This document shows positions 53,052-62,450 of a DNA stretch of 64,000 nt, one piece after another (within the stretch, counting starts at the first letter, position 1; the number at the start of each line of letters is the position of its first letter). The stretch comes from an uncultured Spirochaetota bacterium (GTDB taxonomy: Bacteria; Spirochaetota; UBA4802; UBA5550): positions 224,001 through 288,000 of the forward strand of contig CAWHAA010000006.1 in assembly GCA_963827275.1 (NCBI GenBank), given 5' to 3'. A program made the translations under genes and the position numbers. Under the pieces are notes generated by a model. The model was not told the DNA's origin, did not search any database, and was given only the letters and a program-made list of their open reading frames with translations.

Positions 53052-53978
53052 TCAGCTCTTCGGATGGTGCTTCTTGTGGATTTCCTGGAGCTTTTTCTTG
53101 GCCAGGTGCGTGTAGACCTGGGTGGTCGATATGTCCATATGACCCAGAAGCTCCTGGACGGACCTGAGATCGGCCCCGTTTTCTATGAGATGCGTCGCAA
53201 ATGAATGCCGCAGCGTGTGCGGGGTGATATTTTTCTTGATCCTGGTCCTTGTGACGTAATTTTTGAGCAGGCGCCATACGCTTTTACGGTTGAGGCGGGA
53301 CCCTTTCTTGCTGATAAAGAGGTATTCGCTTTCACGCTTGCCGCAGATATCCGGCCGCGATTCCTGCAGGTATTTTTTCAGGAGGCGCTTCGCTTCATCG
53401 CCTATCGGCGCGAGACGCTCCTTGTTCCCCTTCCCGATGATGCGTATGAGTGAATTTTCAAAATCGACATTGTCATGAAGAATTTCTATCGCTTCACTGA
53501 TCCTCATGCCGCATGAATACAGAAGCTCGAATATCGTCTTGTCCCGTAATTCATAGACGTCGTTTTCTGATATTGATATGAAAAGCGTGTCGACTTCCGC
53601 GATGTTGAGAAAATCGGGAAGCGTCTTTTCCACATGAGGAGATTCAATCTTGGTCGTCGGGTTGTCGATCTCGTCCATTTTGTCCGAGATAAAATTATAG
53701 AACTGGCGTATCGCGGCGAGCGATCGTGCCTGTGTACGGGTGGAGTTTTTCTTTTTATTCTTCTCGAAATTCAGGAATTGCTGAATATCGTCCTGCGTTG
53801 CGGTAAGGATGTCCTTGTTATTGGAAGACATGAAATCGCTGAACTTCTTCAAGTCATAGGTGTAAGAATAAATAGAATTCTCCGAAAGACCCTTCTCGAC
53901 CTGCAAAAACCTTTTAAACCGATTGATTGCTTGAACTTCTTTCACGTCTGATCTCCTGAGTGGTTGTTTTTTTTCCAC
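53052..53978 (-). CDS. xerD: Site-specific tyrosine recombinase XerD
   Basis: EKGLS.NS..SY..DL, LYSCGMRISE, GKGNKER, PHTLRHSFATHL, QELLGH..ISTTQVYTH. Confidence 0.9.
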   Translation of the reverse strand: MEKKQPLRRSDVKEVQAINRFKRFLQVEKGLSENSIYSYTYDLKKFSDFMSSNNKDILTATQDDIQQFLNFEKNKKKNSTRTQARSLAAIRQFYNFISDKMDEIDNPTTKIESPHVEKTLPDFLNIAEVDTLFISISENDVYELRDKTIFELLYSCGMRISEAIEILHDNVDFENSLIRIIGKGNKERLAPIGDEAKRLLKKYLQESRPDICGKRESEYLFISKKGSRLNRKSVWRLLKNYVTRTRIKKNITPHTLRHSFATHLIENGADLRSVQELLGHMDISTTQVYTHLAKKKLQEIHKKHHPKS

Positions 53979-54227
53979 TCCTACTCGTTATGAAAAAAAT
54001 TCACCAGGTATGTTATATTAATTAATGTATGAGTCTCTTCAACATTTACAAATTAATTATCGGACATATAAGATTATGTCTTTATAAATTGAGTGAAAAG
54101 TTTATATTTTATATAAAAAAAATGATTTATTTTAAAAAAAATTTTTATATTTGGTCTTTAATAGGGGGCTGCGGATAGAAGTGAAGGGAAATTATCAATT
54201 ATGTCGCTTGGATGAGCAAAAAACCAA

Positions 54228-54971
54228 TCATAGCTTTCCTTTTTTCAAAGATACCGGCCTTTTTCCGGACTTTACGACGGGCGCGTCGGTAATGATCTTT
54301 CCGTCCTTGAACACGACTTTGCGGTCCGTATACTCCGCCACGTCCGACTCATGGGTAACCATGATAATCGTTATGCCGATTTCCTTGTTGAGGCGTGTGA
54401 AAAGCTCCATGATTTCTCTGGTGTTCGTCGAGTCAAGATTTCCCGTGGGCTCGTCAGCAAGGATGATGGCGGGATCGTTTACCAGGGCCCGGGCTATAGC
54501 CACCCGCTGCTGCTCCCCGCCGGAGAGCTTGTTGGGGTAATGGTCCTCACGGCCCGAGAGGCCGACTTTGGCCAGGAGTTCCCGTGCCTTGTCGGTCTGC
54601 GATTTTGCGGTTAATTCACCGCTATAAAACAGGGGAAGCTCAACATTTTCAAGCGCCGATGTCCTCGACAGGAGGTTGAAGCCCTGGAAAACAAACCCGA
54701 TTTTTTTATTCCGTATTTCCGCCTTCTGGTCGCTGTCAAGGTTGCTCCCGTCGATGCCGTCGAGGATATATTTGCCCGCGGTGGGAGTATCAAGAAAGCC
54801 GAGCACGTTCATGAACGTCGATTTCCCCGAGCCGGAGGCCCCCATGATAGCGATATACTCGCCGCGGGTTACGTCCAGCGATACGCCCTTCAGCGCCCGT
54901 ACCTGCACCTCTTCACTCAGATAGAACGTCTTTTCGAGGCCTATTATCTCAATGAGCTTTTCCTTCATCAC
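54228..54971 (-). CDS. MacB/LolD-type ABC ATP-binding protein
   Basis: GASGSGKST, IGFVFQ.FNL, LSGGEQQRVAIARAL, ADEPTGNLD. Confidence 0.92.
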   Translation of the reverse strand: MMKEKLIEIIGLEKTFYLSEEVQVRALKGVSLDVTRGEYIAIMGASGSGKSTFMNVLGFLDTPTAGKYILDGIDGSNLDSDQKAEIRNKKIGFVFQGFNLLSRTSALENVELPLFYSGELTAKSQTDKARELLAKVGLSGREDHYPNKLSGGEQQRVAIARALVNDPAIILADEPTGNLDSTNTREIMELFTRLNKEIGITIIMVTHESDVAEYTDRKVVFKDGKIITDAPVVKSGKRPVSLKKGKL

Positions 54972-56074
54972 TTTCTGGAGCCCTTGCCGGATTTCACGAA
55001 CTTGACAAGGACCATGTCGCCTTTTTTGAGGTTCTTCTTTATCTCGGTGAAGCTGTCGCCGCGAAGGCCCACTTCCACCACCACCCTTTCAACGGGCAGC
55101 TTGCCGCTAACCTTCCCTGCCTGCTTCCATATGATATTCTTCTCGCCCTCGGTCCGTCCCTCTACCGGGTTGACAAGGAGCGCCTGGTTCGGTACCCGCA
55201 GGACCTTATCGACCTTGCTTATTTCAATGGTCGCCGTGGCAGTCATGCCGGGTTTGAGGATCTGCTCGCTATTATCACATGAGACGATAGATTCGTAGGT
55301 AACCAGGCCGCCCTTCACAACCGGTGTGATCCTTACCTGCTCGATCTTTCCTGAAAACGTCTTGTTCTGGAACGCGCTTACGGTGAACGTCACGCTCTGC
55401 CCCTTTTTCACGAGGCCTATGTCAGATTCGTCAACCGTTATGGTGAGGGACATTTTTTTCAGGCTCGGGGCGATCAGGAACAACGGCGTGTTGATAGCGA
55501 CGGGCGCGTCTTTGATGGCGGTTATCTGCAATATGACCCCGTCGATCGGGGACGTGATGCGGGTGTAGGCTTTCTGCTTCCTGGTGATCTCATAATCAAC
55601 GATGACCTGCCGGTATCTCAATTGCGCCGATTTATAATTGAATTCGGCCCGTTCCATGCCCTTTTCGGATATCAGGTTCTCCTTGAACATGCTCTTTTTG
55701 CTTTCGTAGTCCTCTTTCGCAATGATCATTTCAAGCTTGGAGCTCTCGAGCTGGGCGACGATTTTGCTCAGCCGCTGGTCTATCTCGGTAGCGTCGATTA
55801 CCGCGAGAAGCTGGCCTTTTTTAACTACCTGGTTGAAATCGACCGGCACGTTCACGATTATGCCGTTCGCCTTGCTCAACACATGTATCGTGCCGGAGAC
55901 TTCGAGCATCCCGGTCACGGATATGGTCCGGAGCACCTGCCCGACAGTGACTTCGCTGTATTCGAACTTGTCCTCTCCTCCACTGTTGCAGCCGCGTATT
56001 ATACCAAAAAAAATAAGCGCTACCGCGCATATGACGACAATTGCGATTACTTTCTTGCGTGTTACTTTTTGCAT
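54968..56074 (-). CDS. MacA-like membrane fusion protein
   Basis: VDFN..VKKGQLLA.ID, SPIDGV, VDESDIG.VK.GQ, LKPGMTA. Confidence 0.9.
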   Translation of the reverse strand: MQKVTRKKVIAIVVICAVALIFFGIIRGCNSGGEDKFEYSEVTVGQVLRTISVTGMLEVSGTIHVLSKANGIIVNVPVDFNQVVKKGQLLAVIDATEIDQRLSKIVAQLESSKLEMIIAKEDYESKKSMFKENLISEKGMERAEFNYKSAQLRYRQVIVDYEITRKQKAYTRITSPIDGVILQITAIKDAPVAINTPLFLIAPSLKKMSLTITVDESDIGLVKKGQSVTFTVSAFQNKTFSGKIEQVRITPVVKGGLVTYESIVSCDNSEQILKPGMTATATIEISKVDKVLRVPNQALLVNPVEGRTEGEKNIIWKQAGKVSGKLPVERVVVEVGLRGDSFTEIKKNLKKGDMVLVKFVKSGKGSRK

Positions 56075-57480
56075 AGAGTGTCTTCTCCTAAACCGACAAA
56101 GCTTGAAATCCTGGCCATCGTCATCATGTAATCGAACTTCAAGCGCAGATAGTTCAGCTCGGCATTGGCGCTTGACATGTTTGCATCATGAAGATCGAGA
56201 ATGGTGGTCGAACCGGCGTCATACATCTTTTTAGCGAGCTTCAGGTGCTTCTCCGCGTTTTCACGCATGATTTTCGCGGTATTCATCTGCGTGATGAGCT
56301 CCTGGAGCGAAGTGTAATTGCTCTGGATAGTCATCTGCAAATTCACCAGCGCGTCCTTTTCCTTGTAAACGGACTTGTTGTATTCCGCGACGGCCGCATC
56401 AATTTTTCCCTTGACCATGCCACCCGAATACAGGTTAAGCCTGGCGACAAAACCGACGTAACCGGTCGCCTTCCAGTTTGACCCGTCAAAAAAATTCTTT
56501 TCGAGCTGACCGTTTTCATACCCGATACCCATCTGCACGTTCACTTCGGGATAATGCCCGCCGGTCTCAAGACCGACCTTGACCCTGCTCATCTCCGTCT
56601 GCAGCCTCGCGAGCTGGATGTCGGGATAATTCTGCTCGGCAAGCCGCACAAGCTGGTCAGACGTGTATTCCAGCTCGGGTATTTCTTCCTTCTTCTCGAG
56701 CTCGAACTGGACATCGGGATCGTTGACGCCGAGCACGCGGAGGAGGTCCAGCCGGGAGGTGCGCTCCATGTTCTTCGCTTTTTGAAGCTCGAGCTGGGAT
56801 TCGCTCAGGTCGACGGTCACCTTGCTGAGATCGAAAATCTGCTTCTGGGCATTTTTATACAACAGGTGCGTTATCTTGTACCTGTCTTCGTTGTACTTCA
56901 GGATCAATTCCCTCAACGCGACGTTTTCACGCGAAAGTATGTACGAGTAGTATGACTTCTTGACGTTCAAAATCACGTCGTTGACGACCTTGCGGGACTG
57001 CACGTTGGTCATTTTTTTGCCTGTCCGCGCGGATTCAACCATCCTGTTCGCCTTCTCGTTGTAAAGGCTTATGCCGGCCGACACGCCCATCGAAATACCG
57101 ATGGTATAATACTTCGAAAGCTTGTCGAAAAAATTTTCAGCTTTCCTGCTGTCATTGTACTTTTTAATGGCATAGGCGTTTTTTAATTCATCGCTCGAAG
57201 AATAGGGGACGAAGGCTTCCCAGTCCTCTGTCTCGCCCACGCGGGGATACTGGCTGGTTTTTACCTCGGCGTTCACGAAGGGAAGCCGCTGGGCATTGGC
57301 AATGCGGTACTCGGCGCATGCTTTTTTCTTGTCTTCCTCCGTGGCTTTGATCGCAGGGTTGTTTTGCATGGCAATGTTTATGCACTCGTTAAGGCTTACA
57401 ATCCTGGGCGTACCGGCTGGATACGCCGGGGACCCGGCAAGAAAGAGTCCAATTGTCGCTATTAGTATGGTCTGCTTCAT
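56062..57480 (-). CDS. TolC family outer-membrane efflux protein
   Basis: Signal peptide; SLNECI..A.QNNP; two OEP repeats (YDAGSTT.LDL.DA). Confidence 0.88.
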   Translation of the reverse strand: MKQTILIATIGLFLAGSPAYPAGTPRIVSLNECINIAMQNNPAIKATEEDKKKACAEYRIANAQRLPFVNAEVKTSQYPRVGETEDWEAFVPYSSSDELKNAYAIKKYNDSRKAENFFDKLSKYYTIGISMGVSAGISLYNEKANRMVESARTGKKMTNVQSRKVVNDVILNVKKSYYSYILSRENVALRELILKYNEDRYKITHLLYKNAQKQIFDLSKVTVDLSESQLELQKAKNMERTSRLDLLRVLGVNDPDVQFELEKKEEIPELEYTSDQLVRLAEQNYPDIQLARLQTEMSRVKVGLETGGHYPEVNVQMGIGYENGQLEKNFFDGSNWKATGYVGFVARLNLYSGGMVKGKIDAAVAEYNKSVYKEKDALVNLQMTIQSNYTSLQELITQMNTAKIMRENAEKHLKLAKKMYDAGSTTILDLHDANMSSANAELNYLRLKFDYMMTMARISSFVGLGEDTLCKK

Positions 57481-57885
57481 TGTTAATCCTGATACTATCG
57501 GCATTCAAAAGATTACGGATATTCAGTGGTATCACATCGCAGCGATAACACTGCTAAGCATAACATCGCACCAAACCGCATATCTTCTTAATTAATTTTT
57601 ATAGTTAAAAACAATCATTTAATTATTTATAACCATTGCTGTCAAGAAATTAAATAGTGCACCGGTGATATATCCAAAACAATCACTTTCCCGAGCCAAT
57701 TATTTTAGATATGTTTATTAAGTAAAGTAAAAGAATCAAAATTACCGATTTCAAGATAGGACCACGGTGCGTTGAGTATGTTACGTACTACGGACAATCA
57801 ATGAAACGGATGTATTAAAATAATAAAAATAAAAAAATATTTGACAGTTGGTGATGTTAAATTAATAAAGGAAATTCAATTTACC

Positions 57886-57958
57886 GCTGGCGTAGCTCAA
57901 TCGGTAGAGCAGTTGATTTGTAATCAACATGTTGGGGGTTCAATTCCTCTCGCCAGCT
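57886..57958 (+). tRNA. tRNA-Thr(TGT)
   Basis: GCTGGCG/CGCCAGC stem, TGT anticodon, GGTTCAATTCC. Confidence 0.93.
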
Positions 57959-57971
57959 CTTTTAAAGTTAT

Positions 57972-58053
57972 GGTGAGGTTCCCGAGCGGCCAAAGGGAGC
58001 AGACTGTAAATCTGCCGGCGTAGCCTTCGATGGTTCGAATCCATCCCTCACCA
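57972..58053 (+). tRNA. tRNA-Tyr(GTA)
   Basis: GGTGAGG/CCTCACC stem, GCAGA-CTGTAAA-TCTGC, long variable arm, GGTTCGAATCC. Confidence 0.94.
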
Positions 58054-58058
58054 CAGAA

Positions 58059-58100
58059 CAGACAGGGAAGCGGTGCCATGAGGCGCCGCTTTTCTGTCTG
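58059..58100 (+). terminator. Strong hairpin after the tRNA pair (terminator or processing signal)
   Basis: CAGACAGGGAAGCGGTGCC-ATGA-GGCGCCGCTTTTCTGTCTG. Confidence 0.6.
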
Positions 58101-58200
58101 CCCCCACCCCGGAAGCTCCAGGTGCGCACCAATTTTTTTCTGGACAATATCTGCACGGAACTGTTAAATACAATGATCAATACATATTCGGGGAGATTGC

Positions 58201-58932
58201 ATGCTTTCTGATGATGAAATCGGGCTTTACACGCGGCAGCTGGGAATTGCCTCCTGGGGCGAATCTGCACAGGAACGGCTGAAAAAATCCAGGGTCTTCG
58301 TCGCGGGGGCCGGCGGACTGGGGAGCGCGGTTATCTATTATCTCTCGGCAGCCGGCGTCGGCGAAATCACCATCTGCGATTCCGATTCGGTGGAGCTGTC
58401 GAACCTCAACCGGCAGATCCTGCATCGTTATGACCGGATCGGCATGAAGAAATCAGATTCAGCCCGTGTATCCGCGTCCGGGTTAAACCCGTTCATAACC
58501 ATTACGTCCCTTACCGCAACAATCGACAAAAACAACGCGGAGGATATTATCGGGGAACCTGACCTTATCCTTGACTGCCTCGATAATTTTGACACACGCT
58601 TCGTCTTGAACCGGGTGTCCGTGACGAGACACATACCGATGATCCATGCCGGGGTGTCGGAATTCCAGGGGCAGATAACGTTTCTGCATCCGCCCGAGAC
58701 GCCATGCCTTGAATGCTTCATCAAACGGGATGTTAAAAAGAGCGGCAAAAATATCGCAGGGATGACGCCCGGCATCATCGGGTCGATGCAGGCGCTGGAG
58801 GCGGTAAAATATCTTTCAGGTATCGGCGCGACGCTTAAGAACAGGCTTGTTTTCTGGGACGGCCTTGCCGTACGCCTTGAAAGCATCGCTTTAAAGCGGG
58901 ACCCCGGATGCAGCGTCTGCAGAACTATTTGA
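58201..58932 (+). CDS. ThiF/MoeB family adenylyltransferase
   Basis: YTRQ, GAGGLGS, D.VELSNLNRQ, CLDNF..R, CLEC...CSVC. Confidence 0.92.
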   Translation: MLSDDEIGLYTRQLGIASWGESAQERLKKSRVFVAGAGGLGSAVIYYLSAAGVGEITICDSDSVELSNLNRQILHRYDRIGMKKSDSARVSASGLNPFITITSLTATIDKNNAEDIIGEPDLILDCLDNFDTRFVLNRVSVTRHIPMIHAGVSEFQGQITFLHPPETPCLECFIKRDVKKSGKNIAGMTPGIIGSMQALEAVKYLSGIGATLKNRLVFWDGLAVRLESIALKRDPGCSVCRTI

Positions 58933-59021
58933 TATGGTGCCGCAGCAGGAACATAAAGGCGGGTCGTATGGCATTATTTTAAACATAATCTTTGCTTTAT
59001 AAATTTCAACAGGAGAACCAC

Positions 59022-59348
59022 ATGCCGTCAATCAAACGTATCGCTATCATAATTTTAATCACGGTCATTGCCGGAACGGGCATTTTCGTGTATTTCAGGT
59101 ACTTCTTCACGTACGAGCAGAGACAGCAGGTCAAGAGATCGATAGATTCCGTGACCGGCCAGAACCTGACGATTACCGTTTTCGGGTACGACGGCAGGAT
59201 TATCAAACGGTGGGTCGGCATCGAAAAGATAACCTCCGGCCGCGACAGGTCGGGGACCGGCGAGCGCAATTACACGTATTTCTACACCAAGGACGGCAAA
59301 TACGTGCAGATCCCGGACTCGGTGTGGTATATAGCTGAAGAGGAATAG
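59022..59348 (+). CDS. Hypothetical membrane-anchored protein
   Basis: RBS AGGAG; N-terminal TM helix; abuts recG. Confidence 0.7.
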   Translation: MPSIKRIAIIILITVIAGTGIFVYFRYFFTYEQRQQVKRSIDSVTGQNLTITVFGYDGRIIKRWVGIEKITSGRDRSGTGERNYTYFYTKDGKYVQIPDSVWYIAEEE

Positions 59349-59349
59349 C

Positions 59350-61449
59350 GTGCTGACTGACCCCATAACCGTTCTCAAGGGGGTCGGCCCGAAAAAGGCC
59401 CTGGTACTGAAGCAAGAAGCGGGCATTGAAACGATCGAAGACCTCCTCTACTATGTGCCGCGCAGGTACATCGATCGCTCTCATTTCAAACAGATAAAAG
59501 ACTGCTTTGTCAATGACCTGGTGACAATATCCGGCACGATTACCGACGTATCGGTCACGAGACGCAGGAAGCGTATACTGGAAGTGGTCATCGACGACGG
59601 GACCGATACCTGCACCGGCGTTTTCTTCGGTGGTATTGAATATTTTCAGAAAATTTTCGCAGTCGGCGATACCGTCATGTTTTCCGGAAAAATCAATGTT
59701 TTCCGGGTAAAGCAGATCACCCATCCCGAATTTGACATCATCGGCGACAGCGCAACCGCCCCGCAGCAGGCGATACATACCGGCCGCATCATACCGCTGT
59801 ACCATTCAACTGAGGCACTGAAGGGCCTGGGCCTTGATTCCCGCGGGTTCAGGCGGATCATAAAGCCGGCGCTGGACGCCTATTCCGCGCTGATCACCGA
59901 GACCATGCCCCCCGAGACCATCGCACGGCATGCCCTTCCCGGCCTCAGGGAGGCCCTGTACGCGATACACTTTCCCGAGACGTTCGAGCAGGCGGAACGC
60001 GCACGAAAGAGGCTGGCGTTCAACGAGCTCTTCTTTCACCAGTGGTACCTTTCTATTTCCCGTCGCCTTGCCCGCGAAACAGGGAAAAAGAGAGCGGGCG
60101 ACATTGACCCTGCGGTGTTACGCGACTTTTCAGCGTCCCTCCCATTTGAGCTGACCGTGGACCAGCGGGCCGCGGTAGATGAAATCAGGCGCGACATGTC
60201 CTCTCCCTTTCCCATGAACCGCCTCCTCCAGGGGGACGTCGGTTCGGGTAAAACCGTCGTTGCCATGGCGGCGTCGCTCCTTGCAAAAAGCGCCGGCAGG
60301 CAGACCGCGGTAATGGCGCCGACGGAGCTCCTCGCGCGGCAGCACCATATGAATTTCATCAAGTTTCTCGGTGGAAGAACACGGACTGTGCTCCTCACCG
60401 GCGGCATGACCTCCGGCGAAAAGCAGGCGGCCTGCGCGATGATAGCATCCGGCGCGGCGGACATAGTCATCGGCACCCACGCCATCATACAGGAACATGT
60501 ATCGTTCAAAAACCTCGGCCTTATCGTAATAGACGAGCAGCACCGGTTCGGGGTTGAGCAGCGCGCCGCCCTCAGAAAAAAGGGCGACGATTCCGACCTC
60601 CTCGTGATGACGGCGACGCCCATCCCGCGCTCGCTTTCCCTCACCATATACGGCGACCTTTCCGTGACATCGATACGCACCATGCCGGCGAACAGGGTGG
60701 CCATCAAAACGATGGCCTTCCCCGAATCGCGCCTGAAAGGGGTCTACAATTCAATCGGCAAATACATTGCCCAGGGACTGCAGGTGTATTACGTTCTTCC
60801 CCTGGTCGAAGACTCTGAAAAAATCGACCTCAAGTCCGCCATCGGGGTGTACGAGCATCTGAAAAATGACATTTTCACCGACCGGCGCGTCGAGCTCCTG
60901 CACGGCAGGATGAAGCAGGCGGAGCGCGATTCAATCATGGAGCGGTTTAAAAACGGCGAAATAGACATCCTCGTCGCCACCACGGTCATCGAGGTTGGCA
61001 TAGACGTCCCCAACGCCGCCATCATCGTGATCGAGCACGCCGAGCGGTTCGGCCTCGCGCAGCTCCACCAGCTCAGGGGCCGCGTCGGCCGCGGCGACCG
61101 CCAGTCCTTCTGCATACTGATTACGCCGGACGACATACCGCCGGAGAGCAGGATGCGGATCGAAACCATTGTTTCCACCCTGGACGGATTCGTTATCTCG
61201 GAGGAGGACCTCAGGCAGCGGGGCGCGGGTGAATTGATCGGGGTGCGCCAGCATGGCCATGGCGCTGAATTCGAATTCGCCGACCTGTCACTGGACATGG
61301 AGCTCATACTGTATGCCCGGGAGATGGCCGAGAAAAGCGTGTCGGGGATTCCCGACATAGCCGCGTTGTGGAAGGATTTCGCGAACAGGAGATACGTCCC
61401 GCTCCTTGCAGGGATCAGGGACAAAAAGATACTTTCGCTGCTGTCATAA
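59350..61449 (+). CDS. recG: ATP-dependent DNA helicase RecG
   Basis: RLLQGDVGSGKT, DEQHRFGV.QR, TATPIPR, QLHQLRGRVGRG. Confidence 0.97.
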   Translation: MLTDPITVLKGVGPKKALVLKQEAGIETIEDLLYYVPRRYIDRSHFKQIKDCFVNDLVTISGTITDVSVTRRRKRILEVVIDDGTDTCTGVFFGGIEYFQKIFAVGDTVMFSGKINVFRVKQITHPEFDIIGDSATAPQQAIHTGRIIPLYHSTEALKGLGLDSRGFRRIIKPALDAYSALITETMPPETIARHALPGLREALYAIHFPETFEQAERARKRLAFNELFFHQWYLSISRRLARETGKKRAGDIDPAVLRDFSASLPFELTVDQRAAVDEIRRDMSSPFPMNRLLQGDVGSGKTVVAMAASLLAKSAGRQTAVMAPTELLARQHHMNFIKFLGGRTRTVLLTGGMTSGEKQAACAMIASGAADIVIGTHAIIQEHVSFKNLGLIVIDEQHRFGVEQRAALRKKGDDSDLLVMTATPIPRSLSLTIYGDLSVTSIRTMPANRVAIKTMAFPESRLKGVYNSIGKYIAQGLQVYYVLPLVEDSEKIDLKSAIGVYEHLKNDIFTDRRVELLHGRMKQAERDSIMERFKNGEIDILVATTVIEVGIDVPNAAIIVIEHAERFGLAQLHQLRGRVGRGDRQSFCILITPDDIPPESRMRIETIVSTLDGFVISEEDLRQRGAGELIGVRQHGHGAEFEFADLSLDMELILYAREMAEKSVSGIPDIAALWKDFANRRYVPLLAGIRDKKILSLLS

Positions 61450-61469
61450 CGCGCGTTGCGGAAATTCGA

Positions 61470-62435
61470 TCACATGAATATCGTGCCGCCGAGGAAGCGC
61501 CGGTAGATTTCTATGTTCAATTGGCCGAACCATTCGACGCCCTTCAGCTGGAACAGCTTACCCCTGCTGATGCTCTTTTCAACGCCCAGCTTCTCGTTCA
61601 ATTGCTCGAGGCGCCCGTTGAATATCTTCAAATCGTTATAATATTTCGAGGAAACGATCTTTTTTATATCCTCGAACTTCTGGATGCTGTCGTAGGGGAG
61701 ATCGAGCGAATTGATGTTCTCCTCGAACCATTTCATGACGATCTCTTTGATGAACTCATCGGGAAAATAACGCGACGCCTTGTTCCCGGGCAGGTACTTG
61801 TAGCAGTACCCGTATTTTTTACCGTAAAACATGTCGCGTATATACTTGTAAAAGGTCAGCGGACCGGCGTGGAAAATAAACAGCTTCTCAGTCTCACGGT
61901 CAAGCTTGAAGGCTTTGGACAGGCTGCCGACCGAGGAAATGATGATTTTATTGATGAACGAAACATAGCGCTCGGTGATATGATCGGCGGGCCTCCTGAG
62001 GAACGCAACGATCTCCTGCTTTATCTTCTGCTTTATCTCTTCAGGGCTGGTGGGTGCTTCCACGAAATAGAATGATTTTTCAAGGCTTTCCGTGTCGCCC
62101 TTCAATGCATCGGGATTGATCCGTATCAGGTACGGCTCACGCGTATTCCATGTCTTCGTCCCCTTCAGGGTAAAGGGGCCGATATTCTCTGCCGGCGGCA
62201 CGGCCGCGGTATCGTCAACCGCAGGCACGGGCTGCTCTGGCGCAACGGGCTGTTCAGGCAGGGGCTGCGTTTCCGCCTTCCTCTCTTCCTCCCCCTCCGC
62301 CTCGTGCGACCCCGCAAGGGAATCGATCAGCTTTACAATCTCATCGTTTTTCCTGCTTTCCGGGCCGGCATCGTTGAAGAGCTTCTCATCGTTATCCTTG
62401 TCGATATTCGACAGAATTTGTTCGATTTCATTCAT
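61470..62435 (-). CDS. Hypothetical protein downstream of ftsH
   Basis: 321-aa ORF; acidic/Pro-rich N-terminus (EQPVAPEQPVP) and globular C-terminal part; 15 bp after the ftsH stop. Confidence 0.75.
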   Translation of the reverse strand: MNEIEQILSNIDKDNDEKLFNDAGPESRKNDEIVKLIDSLAGSHEAEGEEERKAETQPLPEQPVAPEQPVPAVDDTAAVPPAENIGPFTLKGTKTWNTREPYLIRINPDALKGDTESLEKSFYFVEAPTSPEEIKQKIKQEIVAFLRRPADHITERYVSFINKIIISSVGSLSKAFKLDRETEKLFIFHAGPLTFYKYIRDMFYGKKYGYCYKYLPGNKASRYFPDEFIKEIVMKWFEENINSLDLPYDSIQKFEDIKKIVSSKYYNDLKIFNGRLEQLNEKLGVEKSISRGKLFQLKGVEWFGQLNIEIYRRFLGGTIFM

Positions 62436-62450
62436 GTGCGCACCGGAACA

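Noticed and set aside
53052..53978. Tyrosine recombinase as a sign of an integrated element
   Set aside because: It looks like housekeeping XerD, sits in a run with spoIID-like and queA genes, and has no att repeats or cargo.
57886..58100. tRNA genes as island integration sites; Thr-Tyr pair lacking the usual Gly-Thr-tuf continuation
   Set aside because: No duplicated tRNA 3' end or integrase was seen, and split tRNA operons are common.
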